64,000 nt of DNA from Balanoglossus misakiensis (Eukaryota > Animalia > Hemichordata), in assembly GCA_040954595.2 (NCBI GenBank), contig CM082595.2, positions 2,296,635-2,360,634 of the forward strand, in the 5' to 3' direction. A program made the translations under genes and the position numbers. Numbering within the stretch: the first letter of the stretch is position 1; every line of letters begins with the position of its first letter. Positions 40,834 to 54,800 of the stretch are shown here, piece by piece. The notes beneath the pieces were generated by a model, which saw nothing but the letters and a program-made list of their open reading frames with translations, searched no databases and was not told the DNA's origin.

Positions 40834-41246
40834 TTATCGCGCTTGTGTAAATTTGTGTGTGAGATAGATTCAGAATAGCGCCATGGTGCGTTTAAGTAGA
40901 ACAATAGCCAAGACCACGCCTTGACAACAATGTCACGTTCGAATTGTTCTTCTCACAATTACGTCACCGAGATTGTTTTATTATTTCATATAATGCAACG
41001 GGACATGCTTGCGGATGAAATTGTCGACAGCGTGAAAGCTAAGAACCACTCTTAGACTAAACATTTATAATAAGAAACGGGATCATGATCGGTTGATTGA
41101 ACGAATGTTGACAACGCTTTGGGGACTGTCACTCATCTAATCGGTCACTGCACCTTGTGTCCTGCAATGGTGAGTCTCACAACCTAGCCTAGCCCCGGGA
41201 CCGGAAGTCCTTGCGTGCTGAGATGTAATTTGAAAGTGACGCTGCC

Positions 41247-42131
41247 ATGGAAACTGCGAATGATTCAGCAAATTTCCGAAAGGACGACGCGAGTGATGAG
41301 AAGGAAATGGTGACCAAGCGAAACCCCGAAAAGGGTGCCGGACAATATACGTTTGGTGGGTATCGACTAGCGTTGCGAAAACTGGTTAAACGTCTGTTGG
41401 TTGACAATCGTCATGCCGCGTATATTTCAGAGAAGGCGTCGAACTTCAAGGACAAAGTCCCCAATATTAATCAGCAAGTATTCGATATCGTTTGCCGGAT
41501 GTTCGAATCGGTCGTCAAGACTGCCATATTTCTGGGATTTTTTCTGATCTTGTTACCTGTAAGCCTTCTTCATTCGAGATCGAAGGACGGCGGGCAAGAA
41601 GATCTGGCCAGCAGCGAGAAGTTGGAGATCACCGAAGCTGATTCTGTTTCGACGCTACCGAAATCCACTGATAATGTTCAACCGACGGAATCACGAAGGA
41701 ACCACGAGAGTGACGGCGGAATCGTCACTTCGCAAGCGTTTAAAATAAAACCGTCCATAGTGACTGAAGCAAACAGTCACCCTGGACTGACGACAATGCA
41801 TAGCGACGGTGGAATCGCGCTGTTACCAATAGGACGCGAACAATTTCTAGGCACTGAAGATATTTCAGGTGACCACGCCGAAGACGGAGAGATACAAACG
41901 AGAAACATGCTTCTTTCTTCTTCGTCATCGACATTGGCTGGCGCGAGAATTAGACTCGGCTTTCAAATCATCACCAGGACAGTGACTGAACCTGCATTCG
42001 ATACTGATAATTCGACCCAAAGTCAAAGCCAACTAGAACTAAACCGCTTTTCAGATGCCACAGTTGGACTGTTAGGTGGCATCATGCTTGTACTCATACT
42101 GCTTGCATTGTGTATATTTTCGATGCCTTAA
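41247..42131 (+). CDS. Uncharacterised 294-aa protein with two hydrophobic segments (internal and C-terminal)
   Basis: 885-nt uninterrupted ORF with strong Kozak context (GCCATGG), higher GC/CpG than its flanks, and AATAAA at about 42304-42313. Hydrophobic stretches: AIFLGFFLILLPVSLL and VGLLGGIMLVLILLALCIFSM. I recognise no family. Confidence 0.6.
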   Translation: METANDSANFRKDDASDEKEMVTKRNPEKGAGQYTFGGYRLALRKLVKRLLVDNRHAAYISEKASNFKDKVPNINQQVFDIVCRMFESVVKTAIFLGFFLILLPVSLLHSRSKDGGQEDLASSEKLEITEADSVSTLPKSTDNVQPTESRRNHESDGGIVTSQAFKIKPSIVTEANSHPGLTTMHSDGGIALLPIGREQFLGTEDISGDHAEDGEIQTRNMLLSSSSSTLAGARIRLGFQIITRTVTEPAFDTDNSTQSQSQLELNRFSDATVGLLGGIMLVLILLALCIFSMP

Positions 42132-42885
42132 ACAGGTACTAGAATCTGCGTGGCATTCCGGGGATTTTAACATATGCCCGAGTACCAAATTTCACAATCC
42201 TGTAAATTCACAATCACCATCTTTCCAACATAGTCTTGCAAAGTTAATGATAGACTCCATCTTTATCATTAACATTACATGAACAGAAACTATGGATTCG
42301 TGAAATAAATAAAATGAGTCTTCGTATCTGTCGTGATGTGTATTACTTCAGCCGATTAGGCTGGACAGCGAATAGCATATACATTGTACCAAGTATATTC
42401 TGAAGTAAAACAAGAGCCCCGTTACTTTTCTGTCACCGAGGGCGCTGTTTTTGTCGATTATGTACTCGCTGTACCACGTGACCATATACAAAAGCCCTTG
42501 CCTCGCACTCGATTTCATTCAGGCTTTAGGTGTTAATGTCTGACCGCTATTTTTGGACCTGGACGAAAGTGTTAAGTGACCCCCACTTGCATCTGTGGCT
42601 ACGTTGCCTATCTAGCGACGGTTTTGTACAGGAACGCTAAAGCTGTTACTAAGGACGCCGTGCGTGTGTGTGAGTCAGCTGAGACGACGTAAAATTGGCC
42701 GTCCACATCACTGCAATCATTGAACTGTCGGTCGCAGGGATAATGAGTGTTAGATGGGACAACTTTATTGGCACCGTGTCCCCAACCTAGTACATTACAG
42801 CTCGTAATTCGTCGAGTGCTGACCGAATGTTGATTTTGCTGACGATGGGATTATAGGAGTGTGAACGCCGAAATCCGGAGGCAAA

Positions 42886-45800
42886 ATGCCGCAATTTGGT
42901 AGGTTTTTGTTTCAATTTTTATGCCAATATTTATGTAGCGATCTCCACGTATCGTCAACATGGCGAAAGTACTTTTCGTTTCACATGTATTGTAACTTGT
43001 AACGGTGCGTCGACGCCGCTAATTCCAGCTTTCAGGTTCGTATTTGTGTCACTAGTACGTATGTGTTTGACCTAATTTCAAGTTGTTACCTTGAAGCGAA
43101 ACCTAGCAATTTTGAACGTATTAAGCCTAATGGCGTGGCTGTGATCGCATCAAATGAGTTCATTAATTTACGTAAAGAAGGCTCGTTTTAATGACATTGT
43201 AAACAATTCGAGGCACGATTATCATAGGTGAGCGATTGTCCAATATTGACCGGAATTCCGATGTGTAGACGTGTATATCTACATTCTGATGGACTTGTGA
43301 CTCTCGGAATGTGATTAAAACCCAGATCGCGGTTTAGATATGAAATGAACATTACTTATGTGGAAATAGTACACCATGTAACAATATTCCCACGGACTCG
43401 CACACTTGGCTATTTGCATATGTGAAGTCGTTATTTTCACAACACCGACACTCCCAAAGGCTAAAATCGATTATATACAGTGAACCAAAATGTTGTCAAT
43501 AGGTTCTAAACAGTGGATCGTCACCTATTAGTAGGACAATGTTTCAGCTCCAGGCTAACTAATATACGTGAATCTCAAGTCAAGTTATCAGCACCTGTCG
43601 GTACAGACAGAGGTTAAGTTGACCGATATTAGGAAGCGCTATATCAGGTTTTGTCTTTCGCCTCTGAGTATAGTCAGTAATTATCTTATCGATTAGCTTT
43701 TAGACAGAGCTGCCCTTTGTTGTCAAAAACCTTAATAATAGACGTTTGTGAGGGGGCAGTTGTAACACTATGGTCCGTTAAGACATTTGAGTGTTTATGA
43801 TAGCTGATAAAACAGAAGTACTTGTAGCTTGTAATAAACTACTGGTCAGTTCAGCTGGGTCATATATATATAAACAAAAAATTATTTAAACAAAGAGCGC
43901 TTGTCAGTTCTTGCTTTAATGGACATACCTCTCAACAATTTTTAATTACCGGGAAATAAATAAAAAAAATTGAAAAAATGTATTGTACGTGAAGGAATAC
44001 GAGTTGCTCAAAAATTATCTGCCCCCCCCCCCCCCCTGTCCATAGTCTAAGGGAAATGTTACCGGGGTTCCCTAGTCATTTTACAGGAGTTCCCCTTGGT
44101 GTGTTAACGCAGTCATAGCCAAAGTGTAACCAGGGTCACTAAATCATTTACCAATATTCCCAAAGCAAAAACACTGCTCAGTTTCAAGGGAGAGATAGAT
44201 GGAAAGTAGTTCAGAATGTTACGCAAGCTTCTGAATCAGTTCACATCTATCTGACTCTGTAAATGTTAAGTATGTACACTGTCCAACCCACCAGGTTTAT
44301 GAGACGACACCATTTACCTTTACATGCATTGTTGAGGATTTGACCCATTTTCAATTCACGATAGAGGAATCCATTCACTGGTCCTGATGACAGAAATAAA
44401 TTTACTGTGGTAATGGCGTGACTTGAGATCAGTTCAGTCTTGTTATATGACTCCAAGGTCGGCCTGGGTCACTGGCTGAATTGTGTATTGTATACGAGCC
44501 CTGTTTGTACGTTACAACACTAAGTTTTTTCAAGTCATTGTGAAACACTTTGGCTCAGTACATATGCCCATGAGCATTTTATTTGCTCTGGGTTAAAAGT
44601 TTCCGGAACTCGAACTTGTGTAAACGGATAGAGAACGAAGAATGCTGAATGTGAAATGTATCTATGTTTCTTCACTTGATACAACACAGATTTAGTATTC
44701 ATTGGGGTATGTCATAGGGAGCTCTGGTAAATATCTGGGAAACCATGGTAACAGACCAGCCTTAGTTTGTTAGACTCATGTATAGACACTATAGGGATAC
44801 AGTACAGGCACTCTTAAAACTATTCTACACACAGGTAACTCCTGACCAGAAAACTTCTTCTGAAAAGATTTTCATCGAAGCATGAAGGAGGTATCGCTGG
44901 TTACCATGGCGGTAAAATACTAATTACTCATTCCTGATTGGTTATTGTGTGCATTCCTCGGTCACACTCCAGTGATCCCAGGTTAATGATGTGATTCTGA
45001 CCTGTGCAAGGGTCGTCAACCCATTTTCACCTTCGCTTAAACCGACAGACTGGAATATAAAAGTGAAAGACATGCCTCCTCCACTTTCAAGCAAGATTGA
45101 CCGCCTACATGTGTGGTATCCAGGGCTTGCAAGCTTAGCCTGTATTGTGTAACATACAGTTGTTCATGTACATGTATATTGTTATTGTTGACAATGGAAT
45201 TTACATGTAAGTTTCAACTTTATTTCATTTGTCAACAATAAAAATGTATAGTGTACATGTTGTCTACAAGCAGAAAACAAATACCCAAGGTTAGGAAAAC
45301 TCTCCTAGCGTGGCCCTGTTTTTGGTGTAGTACTTGCATGAAGGCTAAACTGTACGAATATGTGACAATTTTTAAGTGGACCCAGTACTTCGGACTCGTA
45401 ATATACTGAATAAAACATATTATGTAGTATTAAGTTTCTAATCATTTAATATACTCTCATATAGTGTAAGTTATCAAATTCTGATCGCAATTAAATAGTT
45501 TATTTGAAGTGACTTTGATTTTATTTTAAACGACTCTCGAAGGAAGCTTACAGTTATTTGAGTTTTATTACATTACATTACATTGCAAAATCAATGCTTT
45601 TAAAGTATAATGGCATTTGTTAATGTAGGGTGGAGTGAAATGTAATCCATTGATGAGGGTTTGAAAACAAGGTTTTACATAACCAGAGTCTCTCCATCAC
45701 AGTGGGTCTGTAACACCAATCAATAGACAGTGAATACCTCAGCATCTAATGATTGTTGCTAATGATGTGTAATTTACATACAAATACTTGTTTATAGTGG

Positions 45801-48800
45801 AAAACAATATGCTAGTATCACAGGCAATGTCGAAGTCGTGCTAATTTAACCATGTAAATATACCATCCACTTGGCTGTGGTTTTAGCATTGAAATGGGAG
45901 TTTGTGCCTGTATGTAAACAGTCGGTGTAAGATTTGACAGCATATATTCTGAATTAAATTGCAGTTTGACAGTGCAGGGTTTGGGAAGGATAGTTGATTT
46001 CAATCAAATGTGATCTGTTGTACGTAAATACCTTTGCAACTGTTTATGATTCATTTGAGTTTTAAACTCTGATATCAGCTTGGACACGGAAATTCCCCTG
46101 CAAAGTACCAGGTACATGGCTTATGAGAGTCTCTTGCAATGTTTAACCAGATACACAATGCATTGGCAATGCCTATCTCTGGTTTCGGAGTAAAGTACCT
46201 TGAAGGGCACGGCATCATTGGTACTTGGTCTCTAGCGATGATGTAATCAAGTACAGTCAATGAATTTTTAAGTGTGTGAAATGTCATTCTGTGCTGTGTA
46301 CATACAGCATACTGTACACGAATACCTGTGAATTTTAATGGGCAGTCAACGCCTGGTAATGCTAAATCCCCCCTCCCTTAATTGAGTTTGCTGCAAGCGC
46401 TAATGTGTGCAACCGGTACGGTCGAGGCACATAAACCATATCTTCTAGTGCATACCTGAAATTCCAGAATTATGACATACTGTCATTCACAAATCACATG
46501 AACGGAAAAATCAGGATGTAGAAATGTACATCACATTTTGGAACATGTAGGTTTCCCCTTGTTAATCAATTTGATAGTGGAACAAAGATCTAATGTTAAA
46601 CACTTCCACGGCCAATTTCATACCTGTGTTCTTAAGTCTCGTAGAAAAAAATCACAGAGATATTATTAAACACTCGACCACTTGCTGTGATTGATCTAAG
46701 CGACCAGCACTGAAAAACACACATCAATCATCAAGTTTATTTGACAACAAACAGATCCACTTCATAAATCAGATTGCAATGAAAACAACTGAGTGGAAAC
46801 AGTGTAAACCTCGAAACGTACTTCACACGGACTACCAGTGCAAAGTACAGGAGTCAGGTTTGGGTATCCTTAATCGTTGTCGTCATGAGTCTTTCTGGGT
46901 TTTCTCGTGGTCTAGTGCTAGTCTCTGGTTTCTCTCCCGGTCTTAATTTAAAGAGAAATGGGGCCCGCCGGTTTAGTGACATTTCATCATTGCAGAATTC
47001 ACGTATTTGATAACATTATTATCATGATTATTATCGCGATCTCAAGTTTATATCAAATGACAAATTGGAACCTGTTGGCGGAAGATTGGGGGGGAAATCA
47101 TTTTTGGACCATATCGGAAAAGCAGAAGGCTGTTGAGATTTTTTTTGTAAACTACTTGTACATACCAAATGCATTTATGATCTGAAATTAAATTATTGGG
47201 CTGATATGGTACAGAAGTGCTGACTTCACTGATATATGGTTATTTGTGTAAAATTGTCACGTAAATATTGAAATTGGGAACAGACATGCCAATGTCAATT
47301 TAATGAAGATATATTGTAATGTGTACATGTACACTATAAATCAAATTATTTATGTCTTTACAGCTGAAGATTTGAAAAAACTGGTGAAACCCAACATTGT
47401 ATCCCTATTGTAATGCAACATTGAAAACAGTGGCTTGTGGTTACACCAGGAATGCAAGGCCAAATTAATAAAAAAAAGTTTACTACTGCATATAACAGAA
47501 TAGAAGAGCCAGAAAAAAACCCTTATTTGCTGCTTCGATCGTAAAATCCACCTTGAATGAGACTCTTAATAGACATATAACGACATCTAGAGAGATCGAG
47601 AGAGAGAGATCATGTATACTAGGTGGATCATAAAAGATTATGGTATAATTCTGCAGCTAGTAAAATCTTCCCCTTGGCTATTGATGGGTTGAATTGAAGT
47701 TCAAAACCCACTTCTATATTTGACTCGGCCAAGGTCGAGTAATTAAGTGGGGTCTGCGTGAAGCATGAAAGGATTGTATTAAAATCGCAATAGTTTCACA
47801 TTTTCATTCAGAATCATTCTGTTCTAGTTCGTTGTTCTATCGCCAGCATGGAATTGGTGCAGTAAAAGAAAACTGTGGTTATTAAGCCGTTAATCAGAGG
47901 TCTAGGTCATTTCATGGTTAGTTGCATTTAGATGAATGTGAATCGAAATTGCAATTCATGTTGTCACAGCCTAAAAAAGTCTCTGGGGGGTTGACCCTGC
48001 AGGATTTTTAACCTGTTGGTATGACCCCACATTGAACTTGCATGCTGACCACTTGCATGTATGCTACCACTGTGAAAGCGTGTGTATATAATTATGTCCA
48101 GGGGATTTTCTGATTGTCAAGTATGCGTGTTTACATATATACTATGAAAGATATGCCACCAATTACTAGGAACATTCTCCTCCAACACAATTTGGAGTAT
48201 GGGTGTCAAAACATACATTGTTCCAGTATCAAATGTTTGCAAAACATTTCACTGTATACACATCAAAATTGTTGTGCCAATAGTTGTTGGCTTTGTATAA
48301 ATGTAAAAATACATGTATTCAAGTGTAGGTCAAATTCAAATATTCACCGTATGTTCACACTTATCAACAATGGATTAATTTGTTTCCAATCATAACAAGA
48401 AGTGAAACGTTGCTTTGCATGAATATGGTATGTAAGATATAGATGACTCAGTATTCTGACAAATATTATCACTCTAAAAAGTCTGTCGTATTAGAAGCAG
48501 AAGTTTAGTTATTACAGACTCTGCTAAGTATTTTTCTGTTTGTTTATGAAATAAATAATGTGACTAAAGAGGCAGAACCTCAGAATTCTTTTTAGCATTC
48601 CTGAGTTGCTATGCAACGGACAGCATGGTGTGAAATCTGTGCGTCTGGACAAATCTCTCTAGAGGGCGCCTTATTTATAACCTGTGGATGTGGCATTGTG
48701 ATGTTTGTTTATTTGTTTATTTGTTTGTTTGTTTGTTTGTTTGTTCAGTGACTGCTTCAATTGTACGTGTTTAAATTGTTGGAACATGTCAAATAAATTT

Positions 48801-51800
48801 CAAACTGTTTGGCTGGAATAAATGCTTCGTTTATTCTCTTGCTGAGGTATGTATTAATATTTGACACTTTTCTTGCATTTTCACAGATCTAGAGATTGGA
48901 GATAACAGTACGTGCCAACATGATGGTTGTTCAAAGCTTGCCACAAAGGTAAGTGTGAAAGCTCTTGACACCTTCAGTCATCAAAACGGAGATATCCTAT
49001 TAATATTATATGGCAGTATGTGTGTGGCATGAAAATGAAAATCCATGCAGAAGTCAAGGTGTGTGGATGGGTGTGTACATATCCAGAATGTCATCACGAA
49101 TCCCTCATAAAAAATCCACAGTGCCATCTGAACAAATTGTTTCCATATTTGCTGTTTTTTTGTACTGTAGGTGTGCCACCACCCTGAATGCAAAGTTCAG
49201 GATAACATGAACCCGTTGATACTGTGCGATGCGTGCGACATGGAACTCCATTCGACTCAGCATTTTAATGGACATTTGAGACTGGACGTGAGACCACATG
49301 GTAGGTCACTTTTAACCTTCAGTGACCACGGTTATTTTTATTTCCAGAGAAGTACTTAGCTCCTGTACAAAATATACTTGTAAGAAAGTTATGAGAACCT
49401 TATAAGATATTCCCTGCATTGGTTGCTATGCACTGGTTACATTTCATCCGCCATTTTGAATATCGTCGCTTGATTTTTATCAGCTAAGTGCTCACCTGTG
49501 TTTCATATCTGTACATGAGTAATACTACTTGAAGTAAAAATGCATTTAAGTAGTATAAGTGTAAAATTGATTACAAATTGGATGACTTGACAGGTTTGGT
49601 TTTTCAGTGCAATTACTGGTGTTACTTTTGAACTGGCTGTCATTTATCTTTCCAAATTGATCATTTGGGGTTGCAAAAAAATGCCACAACCTGGATATAT
49701 TCATCAATCACAGAAAATTACTTTTGATGTAACGAAGCTTAAGTGGATAAATCAGGAACACAATTACACCGCTTTTCCCATTTCCAAGAAATCACGTCAT
49801 TTAGTTCCGTGAAATGACTGATGGAATGTGACAGATTTGGTCATTACTAATACTGATGGATCAGACATGGTGTTTCTATAATGAGACATAGACTCAATCC
49901 CCCAAGCACTTGCATGTAAATGGCAATTATAACTACAGTGTGTACATGTAAATTTGGGTAAGACTAGTAGTTGTTTCCATGGTTACATGTGTGTTGTACA
50001 CAACTTTCCATTGGCAGCTCAATGCTGGATATGATAAGGGGTTACTGTACTGTACTGTACTGTACTGTACTGTTTCATCATCATTGTTAATTACTTCTAC
50101 CATATCCAGGTACTTCACTTGGACGCAGCGTATCAACCCGATCCTGTCCAGCCTCAGGTCCTCTGTCAGATGTTGAAAACACAGAAACAGTCAAAGGTGA
50201 CGATGATGACAATGATAAACAGAATGATGAAATAGATGGGCCTATATCGTAAGTGTTGTTTTCTTTCAGTCTCAGAATATGTTAGTTGTGAGTTATGGTG
50301 TTTTGCATTTCTGACTTTGTTGTCTTTTGCTTCACATATAGCTACAGAAGTGTAGCTTTCTGTGGCTCATAACAGAATTTGATACAACCAATTAATCCTT
50401 TCAGTGCAGCAGATTGTTTTTCTTTTATTGTCTACACAATGCCAGTCTGTTCAGTAATACGTAAATGCAATATAACATGAAGTCTTTTATTCTACTCAAC
50501 TCAAGCGGAAAATTAAATTGAATTGCAATTAAATTTTACCTTTATGAATATTACTGTGATAACACAGGAATGAAATATTTATTGCCATCGTCATCAGTGG
50601 TGCGAGGCTATGGAATGGGTCGTTCGACCTCTGCTTTCCATTCTCTGGTTTCAAGAGATAACAGATATGTGTAGTTGACATCAATAGCCGATGCATGATT
50701 GTACATTTTTCTGTTGTATGAAAATCAAGAAATAAAAGAAAACTGTCTGTTAAATAACCCTAATTTATTCGTTATTTGACCTTTGACCTCCCAGGGACGC
50801 CAAGGAGAAAATCTCAAAGAGAGCGTCGAAATTACAGAGGAAGAAAGCGTATCGAAGACACCATACTGATGTAAGTTATAAATATTGTGTTTGTGGAATG
50901 TTATCATAATTTAATTCAAAGATTATGACTGGGTCCATGTGATTCGCCTCGATCATCAAAGTTCAGGACAGATCATCAACATTTGTAATAGTTCTCAAAT
51001 TGTCAGCATCATGAAAACATTGAAAGCTTTTCGTTTTCATGAATAGGTCCACACAAAACATAACTAAAGGATGGAAAAGTTTGAGATATTGCAGTTGTCT
51101 GTAAACTTATTGTTCGGATCTGTCTGCCTTTTTTAACCCCTCACCAGACATGGCTGAGATATGGTAGAATCAGAAGTGAGATAAAATTAATCTGTGATAA
51201 CAGTCTGTCTGTCTGTGCAGTGGACAGGTGTCACTATATCTTGCTCTTTTTAGCAGGTTTGAGATATCGTGATTGTGAACCGACAAAACAAGCACAAATT
51301 TTTGACAACCTTTGGAGGGAATGCTACTTATTGTATGTTACATACAATCAGACAAGCTGACCTGGCAGGCGGTCAAAACTTCACCTATTGTTGTCGGAAT
51401 ATCCAGGGGAATTATACCTAGGCAGACTAGACATTGTTTGAACAGTGTCATTAGCTTTCACAAAGGGAACGTTGACATAATTGTCTTTGTAAAGAAAGAC
51501 AGCTCTCACGTCTGATCTTTTGTAAAATAACCACCTGTAAAACAACACTATTATGAGCTTTTAAGAGTGATTTATCTCCTGAAGTTTGACATCCAAAACA
51601 ATACCTGTTATACAAGTACACATTCCGGTGTTTATTAATGGGCCTGCAAAGCAAACCCCTTGCACATTAAAAATTTATTGACTGGAATAATTAACAGAGG
51701 ACAACATTCTTTGAATAGTTTCACGTGAAATGTGCCATTGTACTTCAGATTTCATTTGGTCATAAACTTTTAGAACACTGCAAAGAAAATAAAGTGATGT

Positions 51801-54800
51801 AGAAATTGGTATGTAATAAGGAATGTGTTGTTTTTCTGTGGTTGAAGTGGTTGTTCATGAAATTCAAATAGATTGCATTGCTCTTAAGGTATAATGCGCT
51901 TCGAAAATCAAAGTCTTAATCTTTTCTCATATTTTGCTCAAGGCAGATTTAGATTATTGTCTCTTAGAGTTGAGAATAACAATCAGGAGTCACCTTGCAA
52001 AATTTGGAATGAGAGAGCTAAGTTGTCTCAAATTTGAAATTCAAAATGGCTGCCAGTCTTTGTTAACTCTTTAGGCAAGTTCTACCATACAGGTTTATAC
52101 AAGCATGCCTTCATTCATTTCACACACACATACACATTGTAGCTTTTTCTTTCATGCTTAGGTCACACGCTCCAGCAAAACACTAGAAACGGTTCACGGT
52201 AACGATAGCGACGAGGCATCAGCAGAAACACACAATGCAGACAAACTGCCAAGAAAGTCATCTATTACCAAGGTGAAGACACAATCAGAGGATGCCTTGT
52301 TTTGTTTGTGTTGATTTGTTTGTTTTTGTTTAGCTTAGTTTAGTTTTGTTTGATTTAGTTTAGTTTATTTAATTTAGTCATAGAGTAGTTTAATAATAGT
52401 TATGATTTTTGTTTCGTGTGTTTACTGCTCACATAGCCCATCTCACTGCACTTCATTTTTCCTATTGCACAAGGTCAGTTTGTAACTTCAGACTTTTAGC
52501 GCAGGAACAGTGTTTTGATTAGGTCAAGGAAACATCCTTGATTGGGTACAATCATTTCTGGTATGGCAGGGAACAGTCCTTGAATAATTGGATATCCCCT
52601 GGGGAACTGGGGTGAAATAAATCTGAACCTTGATACTGTGTTTCCACCTTAGTTCCTATTATAACTTCTGGTTTTCAAACACGCCGTCATACATGTATCT
52701 CTGTATAGCATCACTCTCATTCGCCATGTTCAGATATAGATGTAGATTATATATGCACATTGTAACAGCTATCCGGTGTATTTCTTTTTATCATTCAGAA
52801 CCAGAGCAGAGAATGGTTCTCCTTGAAGTTTGACATGATGGGCAAAGACGACATTGAAATTGTGGCAGCGATCAAAGGCAGATCACTAAGGTAGATATAT
52901 TATAACAACTGTGATCAGTTTCTTTGTCGATGTGTAAGTTTTTGTGCGGTCTTTTTCATCCAGTAAAGTTCATGTACTGTTCTTGCTGCTATCGTGATTT
53001 GCTTAACAATTGAACTATTGTTTGTTTTAACCAGGGAAGCATTGGAGGGTATTTTCAGTGTCCGTAAATTAGACCTTGATTCTGTGAATATATTCTTGGA
53101 CCAATCCAATACACCCCTACCACTACAGTTTGAGACCTATCCACTTGGTGGTCATAGCCTCATAGTCAAAGGTGAGTATCTTTGTAGCATTCATACAAGT
53201 TTATTATATGACTTCTCATCTGCAGTCATCTTAATTTTCCCGGAATATTTGTGTTCTCCTTTTCAGCCAAAGACCCTGTGAAGGATGGAGAAGATTTCCG
53301 ACGAAGTCATATTTACAATGTCTCATCCAGAACCAGAATTAAAGAGAAAGAAAAAGAAAAAGAAAAAGATAAGCTGAAAGGAGTAAGTCACACACACGCA
53401 AAATATATCATTTAGCAAGCTGAAGATTATCACTAAGACTTACCTGTGCATGTCAGAGTTCAGAATGCAATAATTCATACTGGAGAAATAATTCATTAAG
53501 ATATCTGATGGTGGAAATTGATCTCTTCGGTGCGACTGTTATGAATCATTTTGTCCTATGTATCATATCTCCGTGGTAATTTCTCAGACATCTTGAATGG
53601 CTCTGTTCATCTTTGTTTTTGAGATCTAATCAAACGCGGTTGATCAGCAATCATTTTATTCGCTTTATCGTGTATACATGTGACCAATTTTAATGGATTT
53701 CTGACAAAATCTGTGATTTCATCTGATGGCTAACTGTAGTCTGCAAATGCCAGTACTTCCCACACACAGTACATGTAAGCAGTGATTTCTTTGAAAGACA
53801 GCATAGTAGATATAAATGTCAGATATCGAAATAATTTTTCACTTCTGGTCATGTTTACAGAGTCAGCGGGGTTTGAAAAATATCATCTCTTTATTTGGTG
53901 AGACCATGTCGCCCTTGAACCAAAGTGGTTACCCTGGCAACACACCATCATCTGCGGATTACAGAAGACCCAGACTCTCAGATGTCTTTGTGAATAAAGT
54001 ATGTCTTATAATATCATGTACTACCTTAAAGCTGTGATTTCAGTACATTACTACCTCTGTGGAAGATAAAGTGGCCTGCACACAGAATGTTATATGAGCA
54101 CCAGCACAAACCCAGTGTATTACATTGTTCTCGTTTGACAATAGACGGTTTAAACATAGCTCCAGGCATGATTACTGTGCATGGGTGATTCCAGTCTTGT
54201 AATCGTCCTATGAATGACAGAACCTGTAATGAAAGGTTTAAACCTGCATTATGATGACATAATTGTGATTGCTAGGTTAAGCACAAGCCAGTGATTTCAA
54301 AATAAATGTACAACTTGCTCCTTAAAACCACGGAAATACTGACATAATAATCAAAAGTTTCAGCCGACGCTACTTCAATAATTTATGGTATATACCTTGA
54401 ATAACATGCGCATACATAATTGTAATCACTGCTCAGAAGACACAGGGCTTTCAGCTATGTCAGTACATGCATGTATTTAAAAAATTAATCAATATCCGCT
54501 TTTGATAAGACATTATCAAACATTGCCATCATGAAAAATTCAAAACCCATCTTGGTCAGATACAGCCTGGGTGGATAGTAGATAACACAATGATTCAGTT
54601 TTGTTAGATTGGCGATAAGGATGAAAATTGATAAGGAGACATTATTTTACGTATTTGAAGATATATGTTTCAAGAATCTAAGTCCATATTTACAGATGGT
54701 GCATGAGTTTCTTGGTAGGTTCTACTAATTGACTTTGTCTCAGTCTTGTGTGTTTTGGTGTTAATGGTGATTCAGTTGTAATTTCTAGACCGAGAGATCA

